DNA of 64,000 bases from NCBI GenBank assembly GCA_965198115.1, contig OZ240241.1:4416001-4480000 (forward strand), in the 5' to 3' direction. Below the pieces are notes generated by a model that ran no database searches, was not told the DNA's origin, and was given only the letters and a program-made list of their open reading frames with translations. Made by a program: the position numbers and the translations under genes. Positions 32,157 to 43,807 of this stretch are shown here, one piece after another (within the stretch, counting starts at the first letter, position 1; every line of letters starts with the position of its first letter). The stretch is from Candidatus Latescibacterota bacterium. Its GTDB lineage: Bacteria; Latescibacterota; UBA2968.

Positions 32157-32851
32157 CAGGAGGCTCCGGAGAAGTAAATCCAGATCGGTATCACGAAGAA
32201 ACCTAGGGCGACGACAAATGCGATCACGCGACCCGCGCCATAGATGATGGGGGTGTACCGCTGATGATACAGGCCTAGGGACTGGAAAGCGCTCCAGAAC
32301 GCGTGACTGAGGTGGATGCCGAGAATGATCATGGCGAGGGCATAGCCGATCGCCCATTCGGGCTGCTGGAACTTTTCGACGACCAGACGATACAGATCCC
32401 GCATCTCCACACCTTCCACCGTCGCCACGTATCCTTCATCCTCTGCCGGACCGTATTTGAAGGTCCTCACGTGGACCACGATGAAGATCAGAACCAGAAA
32501 GCCGGTGTAGACCATCGTGGAAGAGGCAAACGTCTTGCGGCTCGGTGACCCAGCCGATCTCAGTTTACCGTAGGCAATGGGGCGAGCTGCCTGCTTCCCA
32601 CGCGCGATATTGATCGCCGTCCAGACGTGAATGAGCAGCGAACCCACCAGAATCAGTTCTGTCAGAATCAGCAGACCGCCCAGACCGACCAGAAAGTGAC
32701 CGTAGCTGTTGAAGGCATCGGCGTTGCCTGTGAGGAGCTGGAGATTTCCGACCATGTGACCGATTACGAAACCGAGCATCACAAGACCGGAAAGGGACAT
32801 CAGGATTTTACGGCCGACTGAGGATAGTGCCGCAGAAACGAGCGAGGCCAT
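32156..32851 (-). CDS. sdhC: Succinate dehydrogenase cytochrome b subunit
   Basis: Five TM segments, [21 protein letters not shown]. Confidence 0.9.
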   Translation of the reverse strand: MASLVSAALSSVGRKILMSLSGLVMLGFVIGHMVGNLQLLTGNADAFNSYGHFLVGLGGLLILTELILVGSLLIHVWTAINIARGKQAARPIAYGKLRSAGSPSRKTFASSTMVYTGFLVLIFIVVHVRTFKYGPAEDEGYVATVEGVEMRDLYRLVVEKFQQPEWAIGYALAMIILGIHLSHAFWSAFQSLGLYHQRYTPIIYGAGRVIAFVVALGFFVIPIWIYFSGAS

Positions 32852-32894
32852 TCAGACTCCAAAAGGTTCTGATTCCTTGAACAAAGCTGGCTGG

Positions 32895-32923
32895 AACTTA
32901 CTCCCGGCATTGGCGGATGTCAA
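32895..32923 (-). promoter_or_regulatory. sigma70 promoter of sdhCAB
   Basis: TTGACA-17 nt-TAAGTT. Confidence 0.65.
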
Positions 32924-33042
32924 GATTGCGCCCGTGAGCGAGGTCGCGTGCAATCTCATCCACGCATCGCACTTCTAGGGTCTTGGGCGTAGTCCTTGGC
33001 GATGACTGTCGAAAAGCCTTCGACTGGTTCGCCCACTTCGCA

Positions 33043-35221
33043 TCAAGCAATCTCGTACGCCACACTCTGAAGCGGCGACGCCACGATTGTCATCTTCGTG
33101 CCCACGATCGAATGGCAGTCTCTATTCTGATTCATCAGACGGACATAGCTGTCGAACACCTTCTCTACGTTGGGCATCCTTCGAAGCTCAAAGACGTCCG
33201 CTAGATCGAGGGTGACCTGCCGCGGCCACTGTAAGTCAAGATTATGGACGGCAACCAGTCCCCCCTTGTCCCCGAGCCGTGCGTAGGCCAGAATCCGATC
33301 TTCCTCCTCCCCTCCTGGAAATGTGGAGCGATGGAAGTAAATTCTCCCATCCCTCAACACGTCCTGGCCTTCCACAAAACGGTGCAAGCCTTCGTAAGAT
33401 TCAAAGAGAGCCACGCCCGGAGGCTCGTCCGCGCCGGACTCATCGATGAGAGTCGTATTTTCGAAATCGGTCTGTGTCTGCTCCCCCCACTCCGAGCCCC
33501 ATTCTGTGCCGTAGGATAGGTTCGTCAAACCAGCGCATCCGGCGGTCGCATCGATCAACGAAGCTTGCAGATTCTTGAGAAGCGCCATCGTCAACGAAGG
33601 CGCGTCGCTTCCCGTCTCCCCACGCCAGTACGTGCTGAGTGCCTCATCTTCCTGTAAGCGACCATCGAACCGCTCACGCCAGACACGGGTCGCCCTGGGA
33701 CTGTCGTGATTCTCAAAATAGGCCATCGCTACGGTGCCTGGGGGGTAAGCCCGATAGGTCTCCTCCAGAAAATCGATATACGGTGTGGCGCGATCTGCAT
33801 CGCGGTGGAAATCGACGAGCAGGGCGTAGACCACGTCGACCGGAACATCCACAGCTTCATCCAGCGGGCATAGTGTCTCTCCCAGAACGATCGCCTCCTC
33901 TTTAACCTCGTTGATCCGATTCTTGATCTGCTTGAGAAAGGGACGATCGATCGTTTGGCTCGCGTCGATGCGGACACCGTCAAAATCGCAGTGCCGAATC
34001 CAGAAGGGAGCAACGCCCGACAGGTAGTCCTGCAACGGTCGATTGAAGGGGAGATCCAAAAGCGCCACATCCGAGTAAACGAGCCAGGCAATCCGGTTGA
34101 TCCTCGGAACGCCAGCCTCATCCAACTCATACCACTCCGGGTGCTGCTCGATGAGCGAACAGTCGCGACTCGTCTGCTTGAGCACAAGATCGATGATCAC
34201 ACGCTTGCCGAGGGCGTGAGCTTCCCGCGTGAGCGCACGTAATCGAGCACGCCCCACAATCTGCCGCATCACGGGTTCCTCCACCCAGTCCATCAAAACC
34301 TTCCGCGAATCGAAACTCAGCAGGTCACTCGGCTCTCGTACGCGGTCCCTCTTTCTCGCATCGAGCAAGTCGCTCAGATCGAAGGGATCGATCAATCCTT
34401 CCGATACGAGACCCTCGAGATCGGCGTCATTCGGATCGTCGATCAGGGCGGGATCGATTCGAAAGAAATTCTTGACCGCATAGACACTGCCGAGCGCGCC
34501 CTTTCGAACATCTTCACCCGAGATAAGATCCTTGAATCCAGGCTCGAAAAAAGGCAACAGGTAGACGACGTCCGCGTGCATCGCTGACAATCGCTGCGTC
34601 ACCTGATCGATCGTGCCGCTGACGAAACGGTTGCCCTCCATTCGCGCTCCCATTTTTCTGGGACACACTTCGATCAGGGATGGACAGTCCAGCACCGATG
34701 TCGGGCCGACGACGAGCTGACAATCTCAGTTATGAGCGATATCGTTGATCGACACCCATCGCTTACCAGAATCCGCGACAGGCCTGCCATCGGCCGAAAA
34801 CTGGGCCGTTGCGTGAAAGACACCGGTCTTCGACACCTCGATCGGGTCTGACACGAACAGAACGTTGTTTCCTTTCAGAACCATTCGACCTCGGCTATCC
34901 GTCGCCGGATGCATGGGAAAGTGTGCGCCGCCCCCTGTCTGATAGATCCCCCGCTCATCGAGTGCTCCCCTGTCATTGACATCCGTCCAGACACGGGCAT
35001 CTACGCCGTGGCCGATGCCCTCCGGATCGGTATCTGTTACGTAGAGTTCCACTCTTACACGGACGCTCTGTGCGGATCCTGCCTCTATGTGGACCCGCAC
35101 AGAGCGCAGAATCCTGCCAGATCCCGTCCACACAGACGGCCAGGTTGCCTGCCCATACACGGGTCGGATCGTAGCGTTGGGGACTGAACGTGACGTGGAT
35201 GCTATCGTGGAGGGTAGCCAT
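33043..35221 (-). pseudogene. GH13/alpha-amylase-like protein, frameshifted in its N-terminal domain
   Basis: GSVYAV, DGVRIDASQ, VLGETL, YFENHDSPR catalytic regions; upstream pieces 34726-35253 and 34973-35221 lie in other frames. Confidence 0.7.
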
Positions 35222-35293
35222 CGGTGGCGAAAGTAACCCTCCTTCATAATCAAATCAAAGCACTCGGCGCACTCAGTCAGCAGCGCTCATTAG

Positions 35294-36924
35294 CCTGAAT
35301 TATGCATAAAAAAAAGGTAGTCTCCTTGTACAAGTGTTTGTTTTTCCCTACATTAGGGCTGACACATCAAAACAACACTTGGAAGGAACTACCGTGATAG
35401 AACCTAGTCAGATCCGGTTACCATTCGCAAGCATTTCGGGCAAGGTAGTTGAGGCTGATTTTGCCGGTGGCGCCGTCAGGAGTGACGGTGGAGTTCTGTT
35501 GCTTCGCGCCCTTGAGTCTCAGATGGGATTGATCGCCAGAATGGTAGATGCTTTGCGAGATCGTCGTCACCCAAGCTATATCGATCACACGCTTTTGGAT
35601 CTTGTGAAGCAGCGTGTTTTTCAGATCGCTTGCGGCTATGAAGATGCCGTCGATTGTGATGATTTGCGCCACGATCCGGGCGTCAAGGCTGCCTGCGATC
35701 GGCTTCCTCTTTCCGGTCCTGATCTCGGGAGCCAATCAACGATGACACGACTTGAGAATGATGTGCGACGCTCGGATTTGTATCGGCTCGCACGGGCTTT
35801 TGTAGACGGGTTCATCGCATCGTATGACCAGGCACCCCCAAGCATCATTCTCGATATCGACGACACGGATGACCCAACGCACGGTGCGCAACAATTTTCA
35901 CTCTTCAACGCGTATTACAATGAACACTGCTATATGCCGCTACATATCTATGAAGGCCAAAGCGGCAAGCTCATTACGACGATCTTGAGACCCGGGCATC
36001 CGACGAACGGTAAACAGGTCGTTTCTATTCTCAAGCGCTTGGTGGAACACCTACGCGGATCTTGGCCAAACGTGGAGATCATCGTTCGCGCAGACTCAAA
36101 GTTCAGCTCACCAGAGATGCACGATTTCTGCGAAGACAACGGTATCTACTACGTTCTGGGCCAGGGCGCCAACTCCAAGCTCAAAGCGGCTGGACAAAAC
36201 CTGATGGACCAAGCGCTACGTCTGAGCGAGCATAAGGAGACGATTCGCTTGTTCTCATCCTTCTCATATCAGGCTGGCACCTACCGGCAGCCTCGCCGGA
36301 TCATTCACAAGGCTGAAGTCACAAACGGCGAAGCAAATCCAAGATACCGCGTGACCAATTTACAGAGTAATCGAGACGGCTTTATCTATGATCGTATCTA
36401 CTGCGCAAGGGGACGCACGGAAGGCTTCATCAAGGACCACAAAACATTCCTTCACTCCGATCGAACATCGTGCCACAAGTTTGAAGCCAACCAGTTCCGA
36501 CTCTTTCTACACAGTGCTGCATACGCCTTGCTTCACGCACTCCGATCACAGGGACTCAAGGGCACCGCGTGGACCAAACCTCAGGTCAACACGATACAGA
36601 ACCGTTTCCTCAAAATCGGCGCGAGAGTCATTGAAAGCGCACGAAGAATCCGATTCCATTTTCCAACATCGTATCCACTCAAAAACGTCTTGGTGTCAAT
36701 CATCACCAGGCTCGAAACGAACACGCAGTAACAACGCCGATCTATACCGGGGACAGCTATGTACACGTCGCAAAACAACACCTGTTCCGGACGAAAATCG
36801 TGACTCTTGCGACTCGTAGAGACCGCTTACGGGACCTTGGACATCCGAAGAAGCCGAGAACAAATCCTGTGCGTGATCACATCACTCCAAAACAACCTAA
36901 ACTCAAATTCATGCATGATTCAGG
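35294..36924 (+). mobile_element. IS1380-family insertion sequence
   Basis: IRs CCTGAATTATGCAT / ATGCATGATTCAGG, TTAG/CTAG flanks; lower GC. Confidence 0.88.
35394..36731 (+). CDS. IS1380 transposase
   Basis: SDGGVLLL, GYEDAVDCDDLRHDP, LDIDDTDDPTHG, VRADS, YCARG..E..IK. Confidence 0.9.
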   Translation: MIEPSQIRLPFASISGKVVEADFAGGAVRSDGGVLLLRALESQMGLIARMVDALRDRRHPSYIDHTLLDLVKQRVFQIACGYEDAVDCDDLRHDPGVKAACDRLPLSGPDLGSQSTMTRLENDVRRSDLYRLARAFVDGFIASYDQAPPSIILDIDDTDDPTHGAQQFSLFNAYYNEHCYMPLHIYEGQSGKLITTILRPGHPTNGKQVVSILKRLVEHLRGSWPNVEIIVRADSKFSSPEMHDFCEDNGIYYVLGQGANSKLKAAGQNLMDQALRLSEHKETIRLFSSFSYQAGTYRQPRRIIHKAEVTNGEANPRYRVTNLQSNRDGFIYDRIYCARGRTEGFIKDHKTFLHSDRTSCHKFEANQFRLFLHSAAYALLHALRSQGLKGTAWTKPQVNTIQNRFLKIGARVIESARRIRFHFPTSYPLKNVLVSIITRLETNTQ

Positions 36925-36960
36925 CTAGTACCTGTCTTAAGCTTTTGATAAATATGAAGT

Positions 36961-37947
36961 TTAAAGGCGAACCACCTTCCCAGTATTTCCCGACTCCACG
37001 ATGGCGCAGGCGATGGCGATATTGATTCTCCCTTCCTCACCGGGGACGGGTGAAGGGCCATCGTTCCGGATGGCCTCGATGAACTGCCCGTTCGGGGTCA
37101 GGCGGCCAAGATCCCGGTCCCTTCCGGGATCGGGCTCGACGGTGATTTCCTCGGGTTCATCCATATCAGCCGTCTTGACCTTGACGGTATTTCGACCCGC
37201 TGCAACGGCCGAGCCCTTCGTGCCTGTGAAGCCGCGACCGGAAGATGGGAGCGTTTGCGACTGACTGGCCTCGAGATTTCCGAACCCACCGTTCGCGAAG
37301 GTCAGGATGGCGGAGAAGTGATCGAGGAAGGTGGGGGCCTCTTCGCGGCTGAAGGCGATCCGGGCGTAGACATCGGTGACGTCACCCCCGATGCTGCGCA
37401 CGAAGTCGATTTCGTGGACTTCCCACTCGAAGACGATGCCGCCGCTCTTGTCGAAGTCGAGCCGCCAGTTGGCTTCGTTCTTGATGCGATGATAGCTCTC
37501 TCGAAGACTCCAGGATTTGACGAAGTCTCCACAGCGTCCCGAGTCCAGGATGCGCTTGAGCTCGATCAGCGCGGGCATAAAGCGAGTCGACTGATCGACC
37601 ATTATCTTGACGCCCGCGTCCTTCGCGGTCGCGATCATCCGGTCGCAGTCTTCGAGCGAGAGCGCCATCGGCTTCTCGCACATCACGTGGGCGCCCGATT
37701 CCGCACAGTCGATCGTCTGCTGCGCGTGGAGAAAGCACGGCGAACAGACCCAGACGGCCTCCGGTTTCGCGTCCACGAGCATCGCACGGTGGTCGCCGTA
37801 GGCTTTGCCACCGACGTCGGAGGCGAGTGCTTCTGCACGATCCGTCATCGGATCCGCGACGCCCACGACCTGGACGTCGTCGATCGCAACGAGACTCTTT
37901 ACGTGGCCTGCCGCATTGTTGCCGGCGCCGATGATCGCGACTTTCAT
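36961..37947 (-). CDS. Gfo/Idh/MocA oxidoreductase
   Basis: MKVAIIGAG, HVMCEKPMA. Confidence 0.9.
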   Translation of the reverse strand: MKVAIIGAGNNAAGHVKSLVAIDDVQVVGVADPMTDRAEALASDVGGKAYGDHRAMLVDAKPEAVWVCSPCFLHAQQTIDCAESGAHVMCEKPMALSLEDCDRMIATAKDAGVKIMVDQSTRFMPALIELKRILDSGRCGDFVKSWSLRESYHRIKNEANWRLDFDKSGGIVFEWEVHEIDFVRSIGGDVTDVYARIAFSREEAPTFLDHFSAILTFANGGFGNLEASQSQTLPSSGRGFTGTKGSAVAAGRNTVKVKTADMDEPEEITVEPDPGRDRDLGRLTPNGQFIEAIRNDGPSPVPGEEGRINIAIACAIVESGNTGKVVRL

Positions 37948-38948
37948 ATCTATACCAAGAGAAAGAACTTTACCACGGAGAGCACGGAGAGAACCCTGAG
38001 TAAATCGAGGCAAGTCATAGCCACGCCCATACCGGATTCTTCGCGGCCGGAGGCCGCTCCTACCCGGTGGCGCTGCCACGCCTGCTCGCTGTCCTCGCTG
38101 CTATGCCTCTGCTACCACCCTCTTCAGGTTCGCGACGCCGGTGGTAATGCTGCCGAGGATGTCATCCGGATCGACGACTTCGAGAGAGACGGTGCCGTCG
38201 TAGCCGGCGTCCTTGAGGATGCGGATGATCTGTGGCCAGTCGGAGTCTCCTTCGCCACCGATGGCGTTCTTGATGTATTGGCCGTTGGGTGCCTGACGCC
38301 AGCTGTCATCCTGTGGTTCATCCGAGATGTGGAGGTCTTTCAGATGGGCGTGGACGACATCGCCCGCCAGGCGACGCACGCCTTCGATGTGATCCTGGCC
38401 GAAGACGGCACGGAAGTTCGTCGGGTCGATGTTGACGCCAAAGTTGTTACGGTCGACGAGACGGACGAGGCGTTCGGTCTGTTCGATGCGGCCGAGATGA
38501 CGGCCGTGGTTCTCGACGCCGACTGAGATGTCCATCGCCGCGGCGTCATCTGCGATCTGTTGCATCGACGCGGCCATCCGCTCGAGGACGTCGTCGAAGT
38601 CTGTGTCCTCGGGGGCATTGGGGAGTGACGAACGAGGATCGAGGCGGATGCGATCGGTTCCGAGGATCTGGGCGATTTCCAGTCGTGCGATACAGATCTC
38701 CAGACACTCCTGACTGGCCTCATCGTCGTAGACGGCAAAATTGCTGTCGAGCGTATAGCACGAGGCCGTGAGTCCCACTTCGTCCAGAATCTCCCGTGCT
38801 TCCTTCGCCTGTTCGGCTTCATCCCGCCCGTGATCCCAGTAGCGCGAGAGTGGTTCGTAACAGTCGGCTTCCGTTTTCTCACCGACAAAACGAATCGCAG
38901 ACGGCACGTCGATCTCGCCATCGAGGAACAGCTTGTTGAAGCAGTAAC

Positions 38949-39585
38949 TAAACCTTGGTAAGCCCCCGGCTCTGCCGGGGAGACTCCCAGAGTTTGACAG
39001 TTCCAGAAATATGTAAGAGCCTCCCTTGCCGTGGACCGCTCAAAGCACACGGAAGGAAGGCTCTCTAATGAACAACGTAAGGAGTCTACGTCACACGGTT
39101 TGGGAGTGCAAGTATGACGTTGTTTGGGTTCGGAAGTATCGTAGAAAAGTGTTGTATGGTGAAATTCGTCGCTATCTGGGCGAGGTGATTCGGGATCTGG
39201 CCGCACAGAAGGAATGCCGTGTGGAAGAGGGTCACCTGCGATCCGACCATGTGCACACGCTGATTTCGATCCCGCCGAAGCACTCAGTAGCTCAGACGGT
39301 AGGGTTCATCAAAGGAAAGAGTGCGATTCACATTGCTCGGAACTATCTGGGACGCAGGTCGAACTTCACCGGGCAGCATTTCTGGGCAAGAGGCTACTGG
39401 GTCTCCACCGTTGGCAAGGATGAACAGACGGTTCGGGAGTATATCCAGAACCAGGAGCGGGAGGACCGGCGTCTCGACCAGCTCAACATTTTCAGGTAAT
39501 CGCCACCTTTAGGTGGCGCTTGGTTTCCAACCGCTTTGAGCGGTTCACAAGTTTTCAAGCCTCCGGCTTTGCCGGAGGTCATGAC
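38949..39585 (+). mobile_element. IS200/IS605-family element (tnpA only), copy 1
   Basis: Subterminal hairpins CCCCCGGC-TCT-GCCGGGGG and CCTCCGGC-TTT-GCCGGAGG; end positions ambiguous by 1-3 nt. Confidence 0.92.
39068..39499 (+). CDS. tnpA: IS200 Y1 (HUH) transposase
   Basis: DHVH, KGKS, FWARGY, YIQNQ. Confidence 0.93.
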   Translation: MNNVRSLRHTVWECKYDVVWVRKYRRKVLYGEIRRYLGEVIRDLAAQKECRVEEGHLRSDHVHTLISIPPKHSVAQTVGFIKGKSAIHIARNYLGRRSNFTGQHFWARGYWVSTVGKDEQTVREYIQNQEREDRRLDQLNIFR

Positions 39586-39755
39586 TGCAGACACCCGTTT
39601 TCATACTTTAAGCTCACCTAGGTTTAACGGTTGGCGATACGGCGTCCCCGTGCCGGAGCACGGGGACGAGCGCGCCGCCTTAATTGGATAGATTGAGTCG
39701 TGTGTCGTGCTCGCCCCTGAGCTCTGCTCGGGGGCGCCGTCGTGTTTTCGTGGTT

Positions 39756-40478
39756 CTACCCTCGAACACGTTTCGTCAACGCAGCCAACTCGGCCTGACA
39801 CGCCTTCCGTGCCTCGGCGAACCCCTCTTGGGTGACGTTGTCCCCGTTGAGGTAGTCGAGGACGATCTGCTCAGCGGCCACGTAGGGTTCGCAGACGTCA
39901 GCGACCTGAGCGGCAATCTCGTTTGGGATGGTCGAGACACCGTTGCAGTCGGCGTGGATCAAATCGCCGGGCAAGACCGGCAGACCGCCGATATGGACGG
40001 GTACGTGGACGTCGACGATGTGTCCGTATCCGTGCGAGGCGATGGCGCCGTTGCTGAAAGCGGGAAACCCGATTTCCCTGACCTGGTCCAGGTCGCGGGC
40101 TGCGCCGCTCGTTATGAGACCGACTGCGCCAAAGGTCTTGTACGTCGTGCACATCACCTCACCAAAGGAGGCAGCGGAGGTGGGCTCATCGAGGTCCTGC
40201 AAGACGACGACCGGGGGCCCCGGAATTTGGGCGAACGCTTCGAGCTGTTCACCCATACTCCCATACGCGATCCCGTCGACGGGCGGAGCGTCCGCGCGCC
40301 AGGTAGCCGTGGACGCGTAGCCTACGGTCGGTGGCATTTCGGGAAAACAGGCTTTGATGCTTTCGTTCGTGTATCCGACATTTCGTTTTTGTACGTCGAA
40401 GACTTCGATGACGTTGCAGATGGTCGGCGTGTCGTATTGACGAAGCCGGTCCAGCTCTTTCTGGGACAGTCCACCCAT
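39756..40478 (-). CDS. RraA/HMG-aldolase family protein
   Basis: DTPTICN, FGEVM, GAARDL, PGDLIHADCNGV. Confidence 0.85.
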   Translation of the reverse strand: MGGLSQKELDRLRQYDTPTICNVIEVFDVQKRNVGYTNESIKACFPEMPPTVGYASTATWRADAPPVDGIAYGSMGEQLEAFAQIPGPPVVVLQDLDEPTSAASFGEVMCTTYKTFGAVGLITSGAARDLDQVREIGFPAFSNGAIASHGYGHIVDVHVPVHIGGLPVLPGDLIHADCNGVSTIPNEIAAQVADVCEPYVAAEQIVLDYLNGDNVTQEGFAEARKACQAELAALTKRVRG

Positions 40479-40491
40479 CGATGTTTACTCC

Positions 40492-41256
40492 TCAGACTCT
40501 GTTGTTCCCTCGTGGCATGAAGATTTCGTGTCGCTGCGGATCAGAATACCCTTCGATGTGGGCTGGCGCCACGCCCGGGCTCGAGAGGGCGACACGTACG
40601 ATCTCTTTGTTGAAGACGCTCACACCCTCCGCGTCCAGATACTCGGTGACGGGCATCCAGAGCGCTTCGGCGATCTCCTCCGCCTGGATGGTCACGTCCT
40701 GTGTCAGCGGGCGCAGACGGCACACGAAGTAAATGTCGCTCTTGCCATAGCGGTAGCCGTGCCAGTGCCGGAAGCATACGAGCGAGACGAATTCGGCGTC
40801 GACCCCTGTCTCCTCCTTGACTTCACGGATCACACACTGCTCGAGGTGCTCGCCGGCGTGCAGCGCGCCCCCTGGCAGCTTGTATGACGGCGTTTTTGAT
40901 CGTCGATAGCGTTCGCTTACGACGAGAAGCTCCTCCTTCTCGTTCAAAACGACGCCTCCGGCTCCAGTATAGTGCGTCGCGAACGGTGGAATGAAGGCCC
41001 CGTGCTCGAGTTGGTGAGTGAGCATCAAGTAGTCAACGTGACTGTGATGGAACGTGAACCCGTGATGGACGGCGATCGGGATGAGCGACGATTTTTCGAT
41101 CGGTACTTCGAGCCAGACGAGTTTAAAGTCGTCCCCCAACCATGTCTGTATGGAGACCCTCAGCCGGTCGTCGAAGTCCACCGGATCATCGGGTAAATGG
41201 GCCGGATCGGTGATGACGCCGCCAAACGGGTTTGTCGAAAATGCCAACGTATCCAT
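40492..41256 (-). CDS. Nudix hydrolase, NUDT6-like
   Basis: VWLEVP, GFTFHH, LPGG..GE..REVKEETG, GKSDIYFVCRL. Confidence 0.88.
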   Translation of the reverse strand: MDTLAFSTNPFGGVITDPAHLPDDPVDFDDRLRVSIQTWLGDDFKLVWLEVPIEKSSLIPIAVHHGFTFHHSHVDYLMLTHQLEHGAFIPPFATHYTGAGGVVLNEKEELLVVSERYRRSKTPSYKLPGGALHAGEHLEQCVIREVKEETGVDAEFVSLVCFRHWHGYRYGKSDIYFVCRLRPLTQDVTIQAEEIAEALWMPVTEYLDAEGVSVFNKEIVRVALSSPGVAPAHIEGYSDPQRHEIFMPRGNNRV

Positions 41257-41335
41257 AGTCCTCCTCGTGTTTGCCAGAGACGGCTGCTATGGTAGGTTCT
41301 GCATTCGAGCCGTGCAAGTGAATCGTGAGGGAGCC

Positions 41336-41364
41336 TTGACCCGCGGCGTGTTCCGCCCTATCCT
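41336..41364 (+). promoter_or_regulatory. sigma70-like promoter of the sensor kinase
   Basis: TTGACC-17 nt-TATCCT; a divergent TTGCAC-17-TACCAT at 41317-41289 could serve the Nudix gene. Confidence 0.55.
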
Positions 41365-41403
41365 GACGCCTCACTTCCCCCACTGAAATCACGGAGATTT
41401 CGC

Positions 41404-43807
41404 GTGGACTGGTTCCTTCTCAGCAAGCATTCGATCAGTTCCCTCGCCCAGTTCGTTCTGTCCCTGCTGATCACTGGCTACCTTCTCACCATCCGACGCA
41501 AGAGCGTGCCGACCTGGCTGTTGATCGGATTCTTCTCCGCCTTTACGGTCGCGTTGCTGTGCTCGTTTCTGCTTGTAGCGACACAGTCCGTGTATCGGCC
41601 CGTGTTCGGAGCCGCGCAAGCGATCCTGGGTGGGGTTTACGTGGTCATCATCATCCAGTTCGCCTACTGGTTTCCGACGAATCCGAACCCGCGGGAGTCG
41701 AGGATCGTTCTGTGGGTATCCACGGCGGTCGCGGCCGCACTCGTCTGGATCGGTGCAACCAACCTGCGGACGGATCCGACCTATGCGTTGTTGGTCCTCA
41801 GCTTCGGTCTTGGTGTATTGGTGGTCTGGGCCATCATCGTGTTTCTGAGACAGTCCGCCCACTACGCGCTGGGGACGAAGGATGCGGCTCTACTGACACC
41901 CAGGCATTCGGGTGCTCGAAACGCGAGGGCGCATCGCTCGTTCGCCTGGCTTGTCGGGCTGCTGCTCGTTCTCAGTCTCTCCTCGGTCCTCGAGGGGGCC
42001 GACATCATCTCGTTGGAAACGCTGATATCGATCGTGGCCGCGCTCTACCTGTGGTTTCTGATCGCCTTCGTTTTCGTCTACATCAACAACGCGCCCGTGC
42101 CGTCGACGTTTCTCGCGAAACTCGTGGGCGTACCCCTGGTGACGATGTTAGCCGTCGTCGGGGTGATGGGGAACGTGATCCTGGGTGCGCTCGAGCAGAC
42201 GTATGACACCGAACGTCGTAGAGAGCAGCGTCAGATCCTCCGGGGTATCGTCGAGGAGAACGATGCGTTGATTCCCGAGGGCGTTCGAATGGTGACGGCC
42301 CATCCGATTGACGTGGAGGGGGCAGCCAGGGTGCTTTACACAGGGGGAGATGAAGGCGGGCGAGGTGGCTTCGGCCCGTCTGGGGGACAGCCCTTTGCCA
42401 ACCGTGACGACGCCCTGCGCTTTCATCGAGCCTACGTGGAGGGAGAGTTTACGCCGGGCGTGCTCGATCACCTGCGTGCCAACACGTCTATGCGGCCAAA
42501 TGATGCAAAGGAGCTGATGCTGTCGGAGTTGAATCGGACCGACCTGATCCGGCTGACGTCGGAATTCAAATACCGGGGAACGGTGCAAGATCTGCGGTGT
42601 TCGATCTACTACTTCACGATGAGCGGTTTCCTGTTCGAGGCCGTTTACGCTCCCCACCTTTACCCGCGATACATTCACAGCTACGCCGTCCGAATGGCCG
42701 GCTTTCTGGTGGGGGCGACCCTGGTGATGCTCGTCGGCTTCCCCTACATCTTCAAGGGCGGAATGGATCGGCCCTTGCAGTCGCTGCTGACGGGTATGCG
42801 GGAGGTGAACGGCGGGAACACGGACGTGGCCGTACCGATTTACGTGGAGGACGAGTTCGGGGAATTGACCCATTCGTTCAACGGGATGGTCGATTCGATT
42901 CGCCGGGCGGAGGCGGGTTTGCGTCGTAACGCCGAGGCGCTGGAGGAGGCCAACCGGACGCTCGAACAGCGTGTCGACGAGAGAACGCGTGACCTGAACG
43001 AGAAGAACGATCAGCTTGAAACGGCCATCGTCGATCTGCAGGCGGCGCAGAATCAGCTGGTGGTGCAGGAGAAGATGGTGTCTCTCGGCCAACTCGTCGC
43101 CGGTCTCGCCCACGAGATCAACAATCCGGTCGGTGCCATCAACGCTTCGACCGATGTGGTGGCCCGGTGCGTCGATCAGGTCGATTCGGAAGTTACGGAA
43201 CAGTCGACCATCGAAGGGTTGCGTATAAGCTCGCGCTTTGGCCGGGCGACGCAGCTGCTGCGCGATAACATCGGGGTGCTCGGAGAGGCGGGAGACCGAA
43301 TTGCCCGTATCGTTCGTACCCTTCGGAATTTCGTGAGGTTGGACGAGGCGGCGTATCAGGTCGCGAGTGTCGAGGAAGGGCTCGAGAGTACGATTGCTCT
43401 GATGCGAACCCAGATTCAGGAGGGGGTCGAGGTGACCACCTCTTTCGCGGGTGTGGATCCGATTCCGTGTTCGCCGGGTGAGCTGAATCAGGTGTTCATG
43501 AATCTGATACGCAAATGCGTCCGAAGCGATAGACGGCACGGGGGTCATCGAGGTCAAGACCGGCGAGGATGACCATCGCGTGACTGTCACGGTGCGGGAC
43601 GACGGGCGCGGAATTCCAGAGGGGCGGCTTCAGACGATTTTCGATCTGGGCTTCAGTCGGCGCGGAGACCGTGTCAGGATGGGCACGGGATTGTCGACGG
43701 CGCTTCGGATCGTGCAGGCCCACCGGGGGGAACTGAACATCGACAGCGAAGAAGGGCGTGGTACGACCGTGACCGTCGTCCTTCCCAAGGAAGAGGCGAA
43801 TGGCTGA
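41404..43807 (+). CDS. Multi-TM HAMP sensor histidine kinase (frameshift at about 43514)
   Basis: EDEFGELTHSFN, GLAHEINNP, LNQVFMNL; DDGRG and GTGLS in the next frame. Confidence 0.85.

Larger units (their letters stand above)
38101..39604 (-). pseudogene. Sugar-phosphate isomerase/epimerase (TIM barrel) interrupted by IS200 after codon 7
   Basis: ATG 39604 MKTGVCS joins in frame to YCFNKLFLDGEIDVPSAIRF... after removing the IS; VENHG, NIDPTN, HLKD, SLE motifs. Confidence 0.85.

Noticed and set aside
39645-39740. Two GC hairpins upstream of the isomerase gene
   Set aside because: No U-tract or riboswitch consensus; probably ordinary mRNA stem-loops
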